Source of the DNA: a virus
Lineage: Duplodnaviria > Heunggongvirae > Uroviricota > Caudoviricetes
Strand: one strand, 5' to 3'
IMG/VR virus record: IMGVR_UViG_2728369554_000020
DNA length: 20,232 bases
Part shown: piece by piece, positions 7,681 to 14,765 of the stretch
How positions within the stretch are numbered: the first letter of the stretch is position 1
Layout: each line of letters begins with the position of its first letter
Position numbers and translations under genes: made by a program
Notes under the pieces: generated by a model
What the model saw: only the letters and a program-made list of their open reading frames with translations
Databases searched by the model: none
What the model was told of the DNA's origin: nothing

Positions 7681-8018
7681 AGCCTGCTTCTCCTTGCCTT
7701 TCGGCACGTAAGAGGCTAACCTACGTTTGTGTAGCATAGATTGGGCCTCAGATTAATGTTAAGCGTCTTGCCGGACGCGTAATGTTAACTGGGGCTTTTC
7801 TCTGTCTGCCTTACAGTGGCATGCCCGAGGCAGACAGCCTCAAGCACCCGCAACAATCTTACCGACACCGATAAGAAAACGCTATTTTTTATTGCCAGAA
7901 CCTTCTGCCCAGGCTAATGTATCCGCGTCAGAACGGCGCAATGCGCTCGCCTGAGATACGTTTACTTGTCATTGGTGGCAACAGATAACGGCAATTGTTG
8001 TTTCTGTTTGTTTCCTTC

Positions 8019-8052
8019 AAAAACCCCGGACCGTCAATCCGGGGTTTTTGTT
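8019..8052. terminator. bidirectional intrinsic terminator
   Basis: Hairpin CCCCGGA-ccgtcaa-TCCGGGG flanked by an A-run on one side and a T-run on the other; downstream of the 288-aa gene. Confidence 0.55.
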
Positions 8053-8134
8053 TGTTATCCCCAGCGGCAAATCGAATACACCACCAGCGCCACCGCCATT
8101 GCGATTCCTGCCGTTGTAAATGCCTCAGGCCAGG

Positions 8135-9001
8135 TCATCGTAAAACATCCTCCACACCAACCAGTCCGTTCTGCTTCAGATATTCCATCGCCTTATCAGG
8201 TAGATTGCTTGATTTATTGACGCTTTTTAACGAACTGGCTAATCGCTTAACCAACATTGTTAATTCGTTAACCTGTTTTCCGGATGCTTGTGGATTGTCA
8301 GTTTTACCAGAAGTGGCGGTACAGTCGGCGTTCCCACTCTTCTCCTCCTGCGACGGTTTTGCTGCAATCTGACTGGCATGTTTGTTAATGGTAACGATCA
8401 GCTCTTGCTCAGCCTCATCAAGACAATCACTGATACCTCGCCTGTCACCGTCAAAATCATCGAAATCGGCGCGAACCTTGGCAAACTTCAGGATTGCAGA
8501 CAACACCTCACCAGGAATTACCGGAGAGTTGGTTGACGTTTCCGAGATTTTCCGAAAATTATTGGTTGACGAATCCTTGTTTTCCCGAAAGCTTCCTGAC
8601 TGAAGCATGGCTTCGCGGCAATCGTTCCATCCTTCAGCATAATCACTATACGCAAGAGGCCAACCTCTTATGTATTCACGCGGCAACTTATCAGGCACTA
8701 CCAGCGCTGGCGATGCTGCATAAAGTGGTGTTATTTCTGCCCGAAAGTCACCTACTTTATGCAGTCGCACCCACCGTTTGGCTTCTGCTTTGTCAGAATA
8801 CATAGCGGTGAACGTATTATATTCATGGTCAATTTGCGTGAAGGTTGCCTTCCACGCCACCGGCTCAGCTTCCAGCGATGCCAGTGCAATTTTGAATAAC
8901 TCACCCTCTATCCGTGCCATCCCTGAATTGGGGTGACATTTCGTAATCGCTATTTTTAATTTGGCCTCTTCGATTAATTGTTCTTTGGTTAATTCAGCCA
9001 T
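8135..9001 (-). CDS. hypothetical protein (288 aa), uncharacterised
   Basis: Long ORF with ATG at 9001 and an in-frame stop just upstream; own upstream region of 131 bp with two hairpins; followed by the bidirectional terminator. No catalytic motif recognised. Confidence 0.6.
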   Translation of the reverse strand: MAELTKEQLIEEAKLKIAITKCHPNSGMARIEGELFKIALASLEAEPVAWKATFTQIDHEYNTFTAMYSDKAEAKRWVRLHKVGDFRAEITPLYAASPALVVPDKLPREYIRGWPLAYSDYAEGWNDCREAMLQSGSFRENKDSSTNNFRKISETSTNSPVIPGEVLSAILKFAKVRADFDDFDGDRRGISDCLDEAEQELIVTINKHASQIAAKPSQEEKSGNADCTATSGKTDNPQASGKQVNELTMLVKRLASSLKSVNKSSNLPDKAMEYLKQNGLVGVEDVLR

Positions 9002-9132
9002 TTTTCATTACCGCCCTTTCGGGCGGCCTCCTGATGTTTTGAGGGTGCAGAAATCCCTCCGGTTAAGGATTTAATAAAATTCACTTCTGATTTAAATTTT
9101 TCAGTGTTTTGTTGTCAGGTGGTTTATCGCCT

Positions 9133-9444
9133 TTATGCTTCAGCCTTATTTCTCAGCCATACACAAACAGGACCATCTTCAGTGTCATGAATGGAACCAA
9201 TGAACCAGCCTTCACCTTCCGGGCGCTCCGGTTTCCAGGAGGCAATATCGGGACCATCTGCGTCCAGATTAAAATCATCTTCATCCATAGTTCTGATGGT
9301 CCATTGAAGATTATTTTCCTCCATCCATGCGTTAAACTCTTCCGTTGAAATATGTTCTCTACCATCACAGAAATTTTCATATTCAGGATGCGTCCAGCAG
9401 CCATATGCATCACGTTCTACCGGCGTTTCTTTGATTTCGTTCAT
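9133..9444 (-). CDS. strongly acidic small protein (103 aa), uncharacterised
   Basis: ATG at 9444 with GGAG about 9 nt upstream; hand count 26 D/E versus 8 K/R, several Trp. Confidence 0.6.
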   Translation of the reverse strand: MNEIKETPVERDAYGCWTHPEYENFCDGREHISTEEFNAWMEENNLQWTIRTMDEDDFNLDADGPDIASWKPERPEGEGWFIGSIHDTEDGPVCVWLRNKAEA

Positions 9445-9457
9445 AACATTAACTCCA

Positions 9458-9640
9458 TTAAAATAATGAAAAACAAATTAACCACACCACTACAACCGAT
9501 GCTATTAACACCCTGATTGCAAACAGTGGACTGATATGTCGAAAAGGATTTTCCCAGATAATAAAAGCCGCTGCCAGAAATGCACTGATCAGGAATACAA
9601 TAACAAACAGCTCAATTTTGATTATCCAGAACATATTCAC
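9458..9640 (-). CDS. small hydrophobic membrane protein (about 60 aa)
   Basis: Two hydrophobic stretches; GTG at 9640 overlaps the upstream stop (TAGTG), alternative ATG at 9634. Confidence 0.4.
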   Translation of the reverse strand: MNMFWIIKIELFVIVFLISAFLAAAFIIWENPFRHISPLFAIRVLIASVVVVWLICFSLF

Positions 9641-9933
9641 TACATCGCCTTCTGTAAAATAACCGCATGCCCCAGCTTCTCCGCCAGTGCCAGTTCTGCC
9701 TTAGCACCTGCCGACCGCTGCCAGCCATTCAGCATATAAATCGCATCCACGCAACGTATCATCGCCATGCAGATATCCATGTACTGCAACTGAGTCAGGC
9801 CGTCCGGAAGTACTGCCGGATTTAAGACTGTGTGCCCCTCCCGTTTCAGTTCCTCTTCTGCCTTGTGGAACGCCTCACGGTTGAAATTTTTATACCCGGT
9901 CATAGGACCGGCGATATAAACCCTCACCCTCAC
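9640..9933 (-). CDS. nucleoside 2-deoxyribosyltransferase-like (DUF4406-like) protein
   Basis: GTG start at 9933 with AGGAGG 7 nt upstream; N-terminal VYIAGPMTG motif typical of that fold. Confidence 0.6.
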   Translation of the reverse strand: MRVRVYIAGPMTGYKNFNREAFHKAEEELKREGHTVLNPAVLPDGLTQLQYMDICMAMIRCVDAIYMLNGWQRSAGAKAELALAEKLGHAVILQKAM

Positions 9934-10322
9934 TCCATCACCTCCTGAAAATTACCCCGATAGAACGCCAGTACACGTTGCATTGATTCGCTGTTACGGC
10001 ATTCCCGACAAATTATGTTCATGTCTCTGTCGTAGCGACGGATTTCACCATCAGGTAACTTCCGGACCAGTGCCGGGTCAGCTTTCTTCGGAGTTTTACA
10101 CCACGCCTGATACGCCTGTTCTGATACAAAAACACCGTATTTACCGGATATGTACAAATCACCACAAGCAACCACATCCACAAGACAACGTCTGACCGTA
10201 TGCCAACCCGCCCCCGTTGCCCTCTCCAGTTGCGACATCGTCATGCGTTTGTTCCTGTGTACCAGCCCGATAATTCGTGCCTTCAGTTCTTCCCGCTGTT
10301 CAGGTGTAAAAACGCTTGCCAT
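9930..10322 (-). CDS. hypothetical phage protein (130 aa), possible HTH
   Basis: ATG at 10322 with AGGAGG upstream; segment MSQLERATGAGWHTVRRCL looks HTH-like. Confidence 0.55.
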   Translation of the reverse strand: MASVFTPEQREELKARIIGLVHRNKRMTMSQLERATGAGWHTVRRCLVDVVACGDLYISGKYGVFVSEQAYQAWCKTPKKADPALVRKLPDGEIRRYDRDMNIICRECRNSESMQRVLAFYRGNFQEVME

Positions 10323-10336
10323 GAGTCCTCCTGAAA

Positions 10337-11083
10337 TTACTTCACAACCCTTAAATGACTGACATTTGAACGCCAGCTCTCCCAGTTAAAATTCACCCAG
10401 CGACCACCGTTCATGGTCATGCGGTCCATCACGCGCTCACCAAGCAGCGTATTCATTGCCGTATGGTTCAGGTTCGTCAGCATCCCGACGCTGTGCATCG
10501 AGGCTGTTCTGCGATCGACTATCTGGTTCAGTGTGACCTGTTCGTTACGCGTATCCCGCTGCATACCAATTTCATCCAGGACAAGCAGGTCAACTTCACA
10601 CAACCCCTGCAAAAATTTTTCGCCCGAGTTTTTGTTGTCGTAGTTGCCGTGTAACGCCAGCATCACATCCGCCACCGTCACCACAATCACGCTGCGACCT
10701 TTCGCCAGAAGATGGTTGCCAATGGCTGCTGCCAGATGATTCTTTCCGGTACCCGGCTTACCGCTGAACACGAAATTTGTGCATCCGGTCATCATTTCTT
10801 CCGCGATGGATTTTGCCTGGCTCAGCGCGTGGCGTTGGCCATCGTTCTTCACCTGGTAATTCGCAAACGAACACTTCTGGTGCAACAGTTGGATACCGGA
10901 ACGCTTCATAATTTTCTCCACCCGGATCTGGCGATTCTGGCGGTTAATTTCCTCACTACGCTTTCGCCCTTCTGCAAGCTGCCACTCTCGCCACTCGTCC
11001 ACTGTCCGGTACGGCGCGGTTACATGCTGCGGGGCCAGCTTACGGATGCGTTCAAGAACACCACCTGCCGCAATATTTTTCAT
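10337..11083 (-). CDS. DnaC-like helicase loader (AAA+ ATPase)
   Basis: 248 aa; Walker A GKPGTGKNHLAAA and Walker B LLVLDEIG; follows the initiator gene. Confidence 0.85.
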   Translation of the reverse strand: MKNIAAGGVLERIRKLAPQHVTAPYRTVDEWREWQLAEGRKRSEEINRQNRQIRVEKIMKRSGIQLLHQKCSFANYQVKNDGQRHALSQAKSIAEEMMTGCTNFVFSGKPGTGKNHLAAAIGNHLLAKGRSVIVVTVADVMLALHGNYDNKNSGEKFLQGLCEVDLLVLDEIGMQRDTRNEQVTLNQIVDRRTASMHSVGMLTNLNHTAMNTLLGERVMDRMTMNGGRWVNFNWESWRSNVSHLRVVK

Positions 11084-11089
11084 AACCCG

Positions 11090-12199
11090 TTACCCCCTGA
11101 ATCCCGGCGGAATTTCGGTGTCCGGTTCAGAAATGTGATTCACACAACGCTGGTTGTTCGTGCCGCTTACCGGGAGCAACCAGGGGTTTTCAAAATTCCG
11201 GTCCGGTCCAAAAAACGTCGTCGCTCGCTGAACAAATTCCGTTCCCGCTTTCCCGGTAGCAGCCAGGTATCTTGTGTAACGCCTCACACCATCCAGCATG
11301 GCCTCTGGTGGCACCCCCTCGCGCAATCTGGCCTTCCAGGCACTGAATGCGGATTTCTTCGGGTTTGCCCCGGCACGCAACGGGTATTCCCGCCAGACCT
11401 GTTCGAACACATCCGGATAATCCACTCGTCCCACAGGCCGCCCGGTGTTTTCCGGGACTACCCGATCGGCTTCCCGCTGAATGGCGGAATCGGCTTCAGG
11501 CTGCTGCAGTTGGTGTGATTGCTCCGACCCTGCGGTCATCGCCTGCTGCACAGCGCCCGAATCGGCTTTCAGCGCATACGCCGAATCGGCTTCCGGTGTC
11601 GTGCCTGCTGGCTGACCAGAATTTACGGTCTGAACATCCCCTGCCTGGTTCATGGTGTTTTTTTCGCCATGAACCATAGTGTTTTTGTCCTGTTCCTGTT
11701 CTTTCTCCTGCTCCTGTTCTTGGCTTCGAAGCCCCTTAAAAGCCCCTTCGAAGCCCCTTACCGAATTTCGGCTATTATTCCGCCTCACATCCAGATGGAA
11801 ATCCGTTTTATATCTGTCGTAAAACGCTGACAGAAAAGCGTTTTCAGGTAATGATGCATACTCATTCCTGACACCTGCACAACGGTTATCGCCGGGCTTC
11901 AACGTTTCCCCAACCTGCCAGGCTGCCATTTCATGGACCCAGACCATCTCTGCATCATGGTCATAGCTACAAAAACCAGCTTCAACAGCCCTTTTAAGCC
12001 CCTTTGAAGCCCCTTCCAGACCAAGCCCGGTTTCATGAGCAAGGTATAAAACTGGCAGGTAATACAAACCCAGCATATTTGCGTGAGGGGATGTCATCAG
12101 GTAAAAAGCAACAACTTGCGCTTCTGCACCCGCCTTTCTAAGTTCTCTCCCCGTTTCTCCCAGCCAGAATCGCGGAGAAACTTTTGCGTAATCACGCAT
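11090..12199 (-). CDS. replication initiator / replisome organiser (lambda O analogue, YdaU-like)
   Basis: ATG at 12199 preceded by GAGGT; the track start at 12310 has no RBS. Central acidic Q/E-rich linker and repeated EADSA segments; gene contains iteron-like DNA repeats. Confidence 0.7.
   Translation of the reverse strand: MRDYAKVSPRFWLGETGRELRKAGAEAQVVAFYLMTSPHANMLGLYYLPVLYLAHETGLGLEGASKGLKRAVEAGFCSYDHDAEMVWVHEMAAWQVGETLKPGDNRCAGVRNEYASLPENAFLSAFYDRYKTDFHLDVRRNNSRNSVRGFEGAFKGLRSQEQEQEKEQEQDKNTMVHGEKNTMNQAGDVQTVNSGQPAGTTPEADSAYALKADSGAVQQAMTAGSEQSHQLQQPEADSAIQREADRVVPENTGRPVGRVDYPDVFEQVWREYPLRAGANPKKSAFSAWKARLREGVPPEAMLDGVRRYTRYLAATGKAGTEFVQRATTFFGPDRNFENPWLLPVSGTNNQRCVNHISEPDTEIPPGFRG
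11727..11759. repeat. three tandem 11-bp iteron-like repeats (cgAAGCCCCTT / aaAAGCCCCTT / cgAAGCCCCTT)
   Basis: Core AAGCCCCTT at 11729, 11740 and 11751. Confidence 0.8.
11987..12015. repeat. second cluster of the same 11-bp period repeat (AGCCCTTTT / AAGCCCCTT / AAGCCCCTT)
   Basis: Copies at about 11987, 11996 and 12007, roughly 250 bp from the first cluster, inside the same gene. Confidence 0.75.
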
Positions 12200-12277
12200 G
12201 GCTACCTCATCTGGTGCCGAACCTTCCTCCGGATATAATCTGTGGTTCCCAATCGACAGAACCAGAGGAGGTTCGAC

Positions 12278-12733
12278 ATGTATTTTTTGAAAAGCCTTTA
12301 TCAGGCTCATGTATTAAATGTTGCAGCAACAAACCGCTGGTGTAACAGCCCCGAAATGCTCCCGGATTACAGAGCCTGGCTGCGCGCCGAAACATACCTT
12401 CGTCTCGACATATTGATTAGCGAACTTCAAAAAGAGACTGCATCCATTCATAACCTTCAGGGTATCGACGCTGTTCGCATTCTGGTATCGCGCCATAGTG
12501 CTCTCTCAATAATTGAAGTGCGTCATCTCTCTTTTTCTGAACTGATTTTCTTGCTTCAACCAGCTCTGGAATCAGCGAATATCCCACAGGAAGTGATCCA
12601 ATACCCACCTCATGTTGACGAGCAGTTACAAGATGTGCCATACAACCAGCGTGCTGGATTGACTCCCTGCTCAGAGGCTGAATGGGATCACTCTCTGCTG
12701 AAGAAATACCAAGATTTGTATAATCCTCAATAA
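12278..12733 (+). CDS. alternative antisense ORF (151 aa) with strong RBS
   Basis: ATG at 12278 preceded by GGAGG (12266-12270) with 7-nt spacer; overlaps the minus-strand ORF for 317 nt. Hand-counted GC by codon position is about 63/32/40%. Confidence 0.3.
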   Translation: MYFLKSLYQAHVLNVAATNRWCNSPEMLPDYRAWLRAETYLRLDILISELQKETASIHNLQGIDAVRILVSRHSALSIIEVRHLSFSELIFLLQPALESANIPQEVIQYPPHVDEQLQDVPYNQRAGLTPCSEAEWDHSLLKKYQDLYNPQ

Positions 12734-12926
12734 GCCCGGCACACGCTTCTGCATCAGCCAGCTTTATTCTGGTTTCCTTGCGCTGTTCTCTGGCTGACAA
12801 ACGCCAGAGCAGCGCATTAGCTTTATGTATCAACCACTCTGCCAGCTCCACATCAGATAAACCGCCACGCCAGATGTGCGGACTGTTTTCGTAAACGCTC
12901 AGTGTCAATTTTTTGTCATTACTCAT
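12417..12926 (-). CDS. hypothetical protein (about 170 aa) between the YdaT-like and initiator genes
   Basis: Co-oriented with the operon; ATG at 12926 ten nt after the upstream stop; weak RBS. In the overlap with the plus-strand ORF its frame has G at codon position 1 in about 35% of codons (hand count). Confidence 0.45.
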   Translation of the reverse strand: MSNDKKLTLSVYENSPHIWRGGLSDVELAEWLIHKANALLWRLSAREQRKETRIKLADAEACAGLIEDYTNLGISSAESDPIQPLSRESIQHAGCMAHLVTARQHEVGIGSLPVGYSLIPELVEARKSVQKKRDDALQLLREHYGAIPECEQRRYPEGYEWMQSLFEVR

Positions 12927-12939
12927 ATTTATTACCCAA

Positions 12940-13365
12940 TTAATGCACAGCCAGAGTGTTTCCTGCCGGGCCACCACGATTCATCTGGTTGAAACCAGCA
13001 ATCGCCACTGCGACAAAATCATCAGCGTCTCTCACCAGTCGTTCCCGCGTCTCCACCAGTTCCCGAAACCAGGCTGAACTGTGGCTGCGCATTCGGGCCA
13101 CCAGCAGAGGTGGCATTGCTTTTTCGATCGCTGGTAACAACGCCTGAATTTTTTCAACAGCATCAGGGGTGTCTTTCTCTACCCAGCGGAAAATTTTCTG
13201 GGTATTACGAGCCAGGGCTTCCGGATGGCTGTCGTCATACAGTTCAGGGAACGTCATACCCAATTCGAAATACGCTTTGGTAATTTTCGCAGCCGGTACT
13301 TTTTCGCCGTCCGGATGCGCCCAGGCATTCATCGCCATGCGGATGTGTTCATGCCTGATTTTCAT
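12940..13365 (-). CDS. YdaT-like protein (141 aa) in the cII-equivalent position
   Basis: ATG at 13365 with GGAG 8 nt upstream; N-terminal MKIRHEHI resembles my recollection of Rac YdaT; overlaps the Cro-like gene end. Confidence 0.6.
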   Translation of the reverse strand: MKIRHEHIRMAMNAWAHPDGEKVPAAKITKAYFELGMTFPELYDDSHPEALARNTQKIFRWVEKDTPDAVEKIQALLPAIEKAMPPLLVARMRSHSSAWFRELVETRERLVRDADDFVAVAIAGFNQMNRGGPAGNTLAVH

Positions 13366-13624
13366 GAATCAACTCCGGTTCATCTTGTGTGTTAGCCTTA
13401 CATCCAACAGATAAACCGTCGGTTGGATCCGGGTATAAATCCGGCCGTAATTCATGAGGAGTCACCCCAGTTGCAAGGTAAATTTGACGGACCCGTTCCC
13501 CTGTCGGCACCCGTCCATTGTATTCATTTGCCCATTTGTGTATTTGAGACGGCCAGGCCCCTATCGCGCGCCCTAGTGGGCGAATACCACCGGCAATCTT
13601 TATTGCTTTGTCCAAAGCAGTCAT
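13349..13624 (-). CDS. Cro-like HTH regulator (YdaS/DicC-like)
   Basis: ATG at 13624 with GGAGG 5 nt upstream; 91 aa; divergent from the repressor gene. Confidence 0.65.
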   Translation of the reverse strand: MTALDKAIKIAGGIRPLGRAIGAWPSQIHKWANEYNGRVPTGERVRQIYLATGVTPHELRPDLYPDPTDGLSVGCKANTQDEPELIHENQA

Positions 13625-13654
13625 ACAACCTCCACGTCAATTAAACACAACAAT

Positions 13655-13673
13655 TGTTCACCAAAAAAGAACA
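13655..13673. promoter_or_regulatory. operator-like palindrome TGTTC-N9-GAACA in the repressor/cro intergenic region
   Basis: TGTTC at 13655-13659 and GAACA at 13669-13673; a second partial site GTTCAcTGAAC lies at 13702-13712. Confidence 0.45.
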
Positions 13674-13727
13674 TAAGTCAACACCCTGAGGAATTGTTAG
13701 TGTTCACTGAACGGTTATAATTGCCAA

Positions 13728-14117
13728 ATGGATATGAGAAAAAAGCAATACGACACCCCGCTGGCGGAGAGATTAGATGCGATCTCGCAACAGCATCATT
13801 TAAGCGGTTCAGATTTAGCGCGCATCGCTGGAGTGGGCCGTTCGTCAGTTAATGCCTGGAAAAAGAGAGGGACAATCAGCAAAGATTCCGCGGCCAAAAT
13901 AGCGGAAGCCACAAATGTTTCCCTTTCCTGGCTACTGACGGGAAAGGAGGATACGAGCAGGGAAGTGCTTGATGATGATGAGAAAGCCCTGCTTGACGTT
14001 TACAGAAACCTACCTCCTGTAGAACGCAGAAATATGCTTGCAGCTTTTCAAATGCGACTTCAAAAATTGACTGAATTTTACTCGGAATACGTTGATCCGA
14101 TAACACGTCAAAAATAA
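13728..14117 (+). CDS. prophage repressor (DicA/cI-like, XRE-family HTH)
   Basis: 129 aa; N-terminal HTH (SGSDLARIAGVGRSSVNAWKKRG); no SD; TATAAT at 13716-13721 only 6 nt before the ATG. Confidence 0.8.
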   Translation: MDMRKKQYDTPLAERLDAISQQHHLSGSDLARIAGVGRSSVNAWKKRGTISKDSAAKIAEATNVSLSWLLTGKEDTSREVLDDDEKALLDVYRNLPPVERRNMLAAFQMRLQKLTEFYSEYVDPITRQK

Positions 14118-14137
14118 TTCTTTATTTTACAAAATCA

Positions 14138-14163
14138 TACCGCCGGAAGGCGGTTTTTTTTTA
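14138..14163 (+). terminator. intrinsic terminator after the repressor gene
   Basis: Hairpin ACCGCCGGAAGGCGGT followed by a run of 9 T. Confidence 0.6.
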
Positions 14164-14182
14164 CCTTTATGGATTCATTGTG

Positions 14183-14211
14183 TTGACATATGTTCATCTA
14201 AATAGAACAAT
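14183..14211 (+). promoter_or_regulatory. candidate promoter for the ydfA-dicB-like operon, overlapped by a second TGTTC-N9-GAACA site
   Basis: TTGACA at 14183-14188, 17-nt spacer, AACAAT at 14206-14211; palindrome TGTTC (14191-14195) ... GAACA (14205-14209) lies within the spacer and -10. Confidence 0.4.
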
Positions 14212-14285
14212 GTATTCCATCAAAGCACAGCGGTGCGACAGGTCTTAGTTCCGCTACCCCGGCGTTAAGGGGAAATGAGGTCAAC

Positions 14286-14438
14286 ATGGATACTATCGAT
14301 CTTGGCAACAACGAATCTCTGGTATACGGCGTGTTTCCCAACCAGGACGGCACATTCACCGCGATGACGTATACCAAAAGCAAAACATTTAAAACCGAAG
14401 CTGGCGCGCGTCGCTGGTTAGCCAGAAGCACTGACTGA
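14286..14438 (+). CDS. ydfA: small protein (50 aa), YdfA-like
   Basis: ATG at 14286 with GAGGT upstream; translation MDTIDLGNNESLVYGVFPNQDGTFTAMTYTKSK... resembles my recollection of Qin YdfA. Below the 60-aa cutoff of the ORF track. Confidence 0.55.
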   Translation: MDTIDLGNNESLVYGVFPNQDGTFTAMTYTKSKTFKTEAGARRWLARSTD

Positions 14439-14449
14439 TGAGGTTGACG

Positions 14450-14608
14450 ATGGAATTTAAAGATTTACCTCCAGACACTCAGAAAATCGCCGCAGAAACA
14501 CTGAAATCTCTCATTTTGGACGGGGGGACAGAAAAGGTAGAGCCAGCTAAAAAACTGGCTCAAGAAATCAGAGAAGCCTTTATTGCTCTTTATCAGTCTT
14601 CTCCATAG
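14450..14608 (+). CDS. small protein (52 aa), YdfB-like position
   Basis: ATG at 14450 with GAGGT 5 nt upstream; 12 nt after the upstream stop. Confidence 0.45.
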   Translation: MEFKDLPPDTQKIAAETLKSLILDGGTEKVEPAKKLAQEIREAFIALYQSSP

Positions 14609-14765
14609 CGGCTTGTTTTTCTTCTTTCAATATATTGCGAATTGTAATAACTGAATTGGCCGCCTCTGAAGGGGATGACATTTTGCCAGCCCGAATTAAC
14701 TCAACTGTTAAGTTCAAAGCTGCAACAGATGGATAGGTAAATGGGTTAATTAACTTGTCTGACAT
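14580..14765 (-). CDS. small hydrophilic protein (61 aa) encoded antisense to the kil operon
   Basis: ATG at 14765 preceded by GGAGGA with 5-nt spacer; G-rich codon first positions; convergent with and overlapping the last 29 nt of the YdfB-like gene. Confidence 0.35.
   Translation of the reverse strand: MSDKLINPFTYPSVAALNLTVELIRAGKMSSPSEAANSVITIRNILKEEKQAAMEKTDKEQ

Noticed and set aside
7517-7711. 64-aa plus-strand ORF spanning the N run
   Set aside because: Exists only because N translates to X; antisense to the hok-like gene.
7747-7786. Direct repeat TAATGTTAA flanking a short palindrome (GCGTC...GACGC) upstream of hok
   Set aside because: Most simply part of the structured hok leader/antisense control region rather than an independent element; cannot be separated from it without alignment to known hok/sok loci.
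8288-8805. Three plus-strand ORFs (73-103 aa) inside the 288-aa gene
   Set aside because: Antisense to a long well-formed ORF; no start signals.
10712-11518. 268-aa plus-strand ORF antisense to the DnaC-like and initiator genes
   Set aside because: No RBS at its start, Pro/Arg-rich low-complexity translation, and it spans the junction of two well-supported co-directional minus-strand genes.
14198-14431. 77-aa minus-strand ORF
   Set aside because: Antisense to the YdfA-like gene and the operon promoter; no RBS.
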